Below are positions 32,265-35,166 of a stretch of DNA of 35,166 bases, one piece after another. How positions within the stretch are numbered: the stretch's first letter is position 1; every line of letters starts with the position of its first letter. Source of the DNA: Candidatus Omnitrophica bacterium 4484_171. GTDB lineage: Bacteria > Omnitrophota > Gorgyraeia > Duberdicusellales > 4484-171. The DNA lies in assembly GCA_002049895.1 (NCBI GenBank), contig MVCW01000002.1, forward strand, positions 1-35,166. Reading direction: 5' to 3'. Below the pieces are notes generated by a model, which made no database searches, was not told the origin of the DNA, and saw only the letters and a program-made list of their open reading frames with translations. The translations under genes and the position numbers were made by a program.

Positions 32265-32269
32265 TATTC

Positions 32270-33901
32270 CTATATAACCCGTATATGCGACCACGGAAAA
32301 TTATCTGTCTCTCCGGATAAATACTCATTTACATCAAAACCCATTCTTTTGAAAGCCTCATCCCATATATGCTTATTAAAACGCTCCCCGTCAGCGTCGA
32401 AACGGGCCCCAAGCATATATGCTTCATAAATAAGAGATGATAATTCTCTGCCGGCACGTGATATAACAGCTTCAAGCATACTTTTATACGGCAAAGCAAC
32501 ACTAGCCTTTATCCCTCTATTCTTAGGTATGGAATTAAGAATAAGCCTCCTTCTCCTCTCTAATTCTTCTTTGCTATTCATCAATATATTCTCAAAATGA
32601 GAAAATGGCTTTGGAATAAAAACATTCACACTTACATTAACTTTAAGACGGGAAACCCTTATAATCTCTTCCAGAAAACCTTTAATAGCGGTGATGTCTT
32701 CGTCAACTTCAAAAGGAAGCCCATACATAAAATAGAGTTTTATATGGCGGCTGTGGAGAGACCTTAGTATCTTTGCGGCTTCCATAAGTTTCTTGGTATC
32801 AATACGTTTATTTATGGCGCTGCGCAGCCTTTGAGTGGCAGCCTCAACGGCAAACGTCGCCGATACTTTCTTTATGCGAGAAAGATATTTATGAAGCTTA
32901 TCAACTACGTCTTCTATTCTTAACGACGGCAAAGACAACCCTATAGTCCTCTCTGAACAATAATCCGCTAAATCTCTTATTAAGCCTTCAATATTTGAGT
33001 AATTTGACGCGGAAAGCGCCAAAAGGGATATATTTTCATAACCGCTTTTCTCATATATCCTGTCCGCCAGCTCAAGGACTCTATCCGGTCTTCTCTCCCT
33101 ATAAGGGAAATATACAGAACGGGCCTGGCAGAAAAAACATTTGTTAGGGCAGCCTCTTGCTATTTCTATCTGTGCCCTGTCATGAGCAATGGAAGTATAA
33201 GGCGTAAGCCAGTCAACCGGCGAGAATGAACTATCTAAATCTTTAACATGAACTTTATTAATGGGAAGTTTTGCGTATTTATACTTCTTTTCAAAGACAT
33301 ACCTTCTCCCCTTTCTATACACATCGTAAAATGACGGTACATAAAATCCTTCTACCTCTGAGAGGGCTTTAAGTCTTGCCTCCTTATTTTTGTAACGTCT
33401 GACAATATCCACAAAAGAAACCGCCTTTTCTTCAAATTCTCCCAAGAAGAAGATATCAACAAACTCACATAAACTCTCAGGATTAGCAACTCCGCCGCCT
33501 AATACTATCAAGTCTTTTCTTTCTTTACTTTTTAATGGGATACCCGAAGCATCAAGCATAGCCAGAAAATTTGTAAAATTCAGTTCGTAATCAAAATTAA
33601 ACCCCACTATTTCAAAATCAGAAAGGGCGGTTTTGGTCTCCAGAGAAAATAACTTCTTTTTATATTCTCTTAGATAAACATAAAGGTCTTCATCAGGCAT
33701 AAATGACCTTTCACATACAACATCTTTAAAACTGTTTAAACAGCTATAAATTATTCTAAAACCCACGTTGCTCATTCCTATCTCATAAAGGTTAGGATAA
33801 CATAAACAGATTCTTACGCGGCCGTCATGGCTTTTTTTTATAACATTCCACTCGTTTCCCATATAACGCTGCGGTTTCCTGAAATTGTTCCATTCTAACA
33901 T
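32270..33901 (-). CDS. B12-binding-domain radical SAM protein, TIGR03960-like
   Basis: 543 aa. CPNKCFFCQA (CxxxCxxC) after an N-terminal Rossmann-like region. Adjacent to a DUF2344 gene, as is typical for this pair. Confidence 0.82.
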   Translation of the reverse strand: MLEWNNFRKPQRYMGNEWNVIKKSHDGRVRICLCYPNLYEIGMSNVGFRIIYSCLNSFKDVVCERSFMPDEDLYVYLREYKKKLFSLETKTALSDFEIVGFNFDYELNFTNFLAMLDASGIPLKSKERKDLIVLGGGVANPESLCEFVDIFFLGEFEEKAVSFVDIVRRYKNKEARLKALSEVEGFYVPSFYDVYRKGRRYVFEKKYKYAKLPINKVHVKDLDSSFSPVDWLTPYTSIAHDRAQIEIARGCPNKCFFCQARSVYFPYRERRPDRVLELADRIYEKSGYENISLLALSASNYSNIEGLIRDLADYCSERTIGLSLPSLRIEDVVDKLHKYLSRIKKVSATFAVEAATQRLRSAINKRIDTKKLMEAAKILRSLHSRHIKLYFMYGLPFEVDEDITAIKGFLEEIIRVSRLKVNVSVNVFIPKPFSHFENILMNSKEELERRRRLILNSIPKNRGIKASVALPYKSMLEAVISRAGRELSSLIYEAYMLGARFDADGERFNKHIWDEAFKRMGFDVNEYLSGETDNFPWSHIRVI

Positions 33902-34974
33902 TGGCGTGTAATATTAAAAAATATGCCCAAGAATATAGCGGTCATTATAAGGTGTGTCCCGCCGTAGCTTAAGAAAAGAAGAGGAAGCCCCACAACAGGA
34001 ATAATACCCATTGTCATACCGATATTGATAAAAATATGAAGAAAGAATATCGAATATATGCCAAGGCTCAATAACTGGGCAAAGCTGTCTTTGGCCTGTT
34101 TTATTCTCTTATATATAATTCTCAAGATAATGCAATATATAGACAAAAGAGCTAAACAGCCAAGAAAACCAAATTCTTCAGCTATAACGGTGAAAATAAA
34201 ATCTGTATGCCTTTCGGGAAGAAAATTAAATTGATTCTGCGTACCCGCAAGAAATCCTTTGCCTATAATCTTACCGGAACCTACGGCTATCTTTGACTGA
34301 ATAATTGTGTATCCCGCGCCGAGAGGGTCAACGTTGGGATTGACAAAAACAGCCAATCTTTTCTTTTGGTAATCCCTGAGTTTGTGCCACCCCAAAGGCG
34401 CAAGAACAATTCCTGCTATAATTATCGCTACAAGGTATCTTTTCTTTATTGACCTCACAGAGAATCCCACCATAAAAAAAAGGAGGAAAAGGATAGATGC
34501 TGTGCCTAAATCGGGCTGGCGGAAAACAAGAAAACCGCTTAAAACAACAAGTAAGAAAGAAACCACTACTTTGTTAATGACAACCCTGCCCGTGGTTTCT
34601 TCAGAAAATATTCTTGCCAACAGCATAACCACAGCGAGTTTAGAGAATTCAGACGGCTGAAAATTAAGACCGAAGAAAGAGAACCATCTCTGAGCACCCA
34701 TGACTTCTTTACCGAACAGCTTAACTGCTATAAGCAAAACAATGCTTATAATGTATATAACTATACTCGAATCAAAATAGAGCCTGTAATTTATAAAAGA
34801 AAAACCATATATTGCAATCCAGAAGATTATTATCCAGACTATCTGCCTGTAGAATATATTCTGGTGCATAAACTCCCCTTCCTGATGGAGGCTGCTGTAC
34901 AAAGCGGCTAAACTTATGATATTGAGAATAAGCAAACACAACACTAATATCTTAGAATCATTTATCTTTATCAT
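33895..34974 (-). CDS. rodA: rod shape-determining protein RodA (SEDS family)
   Basis: 359-aa polytopic protein. FQPSEFSKLAVVMLLA, RQPDLGTA, HTDFIFTVIAEEFGFLG, PVVGLPLLFLSYGGT. Confidence 0.93.
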   Translation of the reverse strand: MIKINDSKILVLCLLILNIISLAALYSSLHQEGEFMHQNIFYRQIVWIIIFWIAIYGFSFINYRLYFDSSIVIYIISIVLLIAVKLFGKEVMGAQRWFSFFGLNFQPSEFSKLAVVMLLARIFSEETTGRVVINKVVVSFLLVVLSGFLVFRQPDLGTASILFLLFFMVGFSVRSIKKRYLVAIIIAGIVLAPLGWHKLRDYQKKRLAVFVNPNVDPLGAGYTIIQSKIAVGSGKIIGKGFLAGTQNQFNFLPERHTDFIFTVIAEEFGFLGCLALLSIYCIILRIIYKRIKQAKDSFAQLLSLGIYSIFFLHIFINIGMTMGIIPVVGLPLLFLSYGGTHLIMTAIFLGIFFNITRQC

Positions 34975-35166
34975 TGCCTTCTGTCTATTAAGCCCTCTTT
35001 TTGCAATTGTGTTAAGAATTTATAAACAACTTCCAGAGCTTTATGGCTTGAACCTGCGTTTTCCAAAAAGACACATATACTATACTTTGGATTATCATAG
35101 GGAAAGAATCCCACAAACCAGCCATGAGGTAAACCCGCATTCTGGGCGGTGCCGGTTTTTCCTGCA
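34971..35166 (-). CDS. mrdA: penicillin-binding protein 2, C-terminal 64 codons (partial)
   Basis: Translates AGKTGTAQNAGLPHGWFVGFFPYDNPKYSICVFLENAGSS..., with the KTG box. Its TGA overlaps the rodA ATG (ATGA). Confidence 0.85.
   Translation of the reverse strand, partial: AGKTGTAQNAGLPHGWFVGFFPYDNPKYSICVFLENAGSSHKALEVVYKFLTQLQKEGLIDRRQ

Overview
AT-rich bacterial chromosomal window, probably from an uncultivated lineage. Nearly all genes are on the minus strand, and I saw no rRNA, tRNA or CRISPR array. Left flank: aspS (first codons only), hisS, an HU/IHF-type protein and dnaE. Centre (about 5.8-18.7 kb): one ~12.9 kb minus-strand type IV pilus / T2SS-like locus. Its order is PilZ, PilB with an MshEN-type N-terminus, PilC, a small major pilin, a PilM-PilN fusion, PilO, a PilP lipoprotein and a short secretin. 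After a 170-bp gap come a ~722-aa modular pilin with tandem carboxypeptidase-regulatory-like domains, a 165-aa minor pilin, a PilX_N/beta-helix protein and a secreted coiled-coil protein. No PilD or PilT is in the window. IS debris brackets the locus: an rve-type remnant at ~5.4-5.7 kb, and a multiply inactivated ISL3 copy at ~19.17-20.58 kb that truncates an amidohydrolase gene. Right flank is housekeeping: yqeY, nadE, trx, lgt, dtd, TIGR01212-like rSAM, queH, yibQ-like, rpe-like, GH5, nth and ykgJ-like. It also holds a plus-strand speH-speE-speH-like polyamine operon, a TIGR03960/TIGR03936-like rSAM pair, rodA and the mrdA 3' end. The short intergenic spacers carry unusual repeats built from GC-rich pentamer words (GCGGA, CAGAT, CGCRGA) phased at about 10-12 nt. 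These include an interrupted-hairpin family present three times, a 31-34 nt tandem repeat with orphan Shine-Dalgarno-like words, and a ~155-bp composite palindrome with a perfect 38-bp core. All calls rest on reading the translations and sequence by eye; no searches were run.
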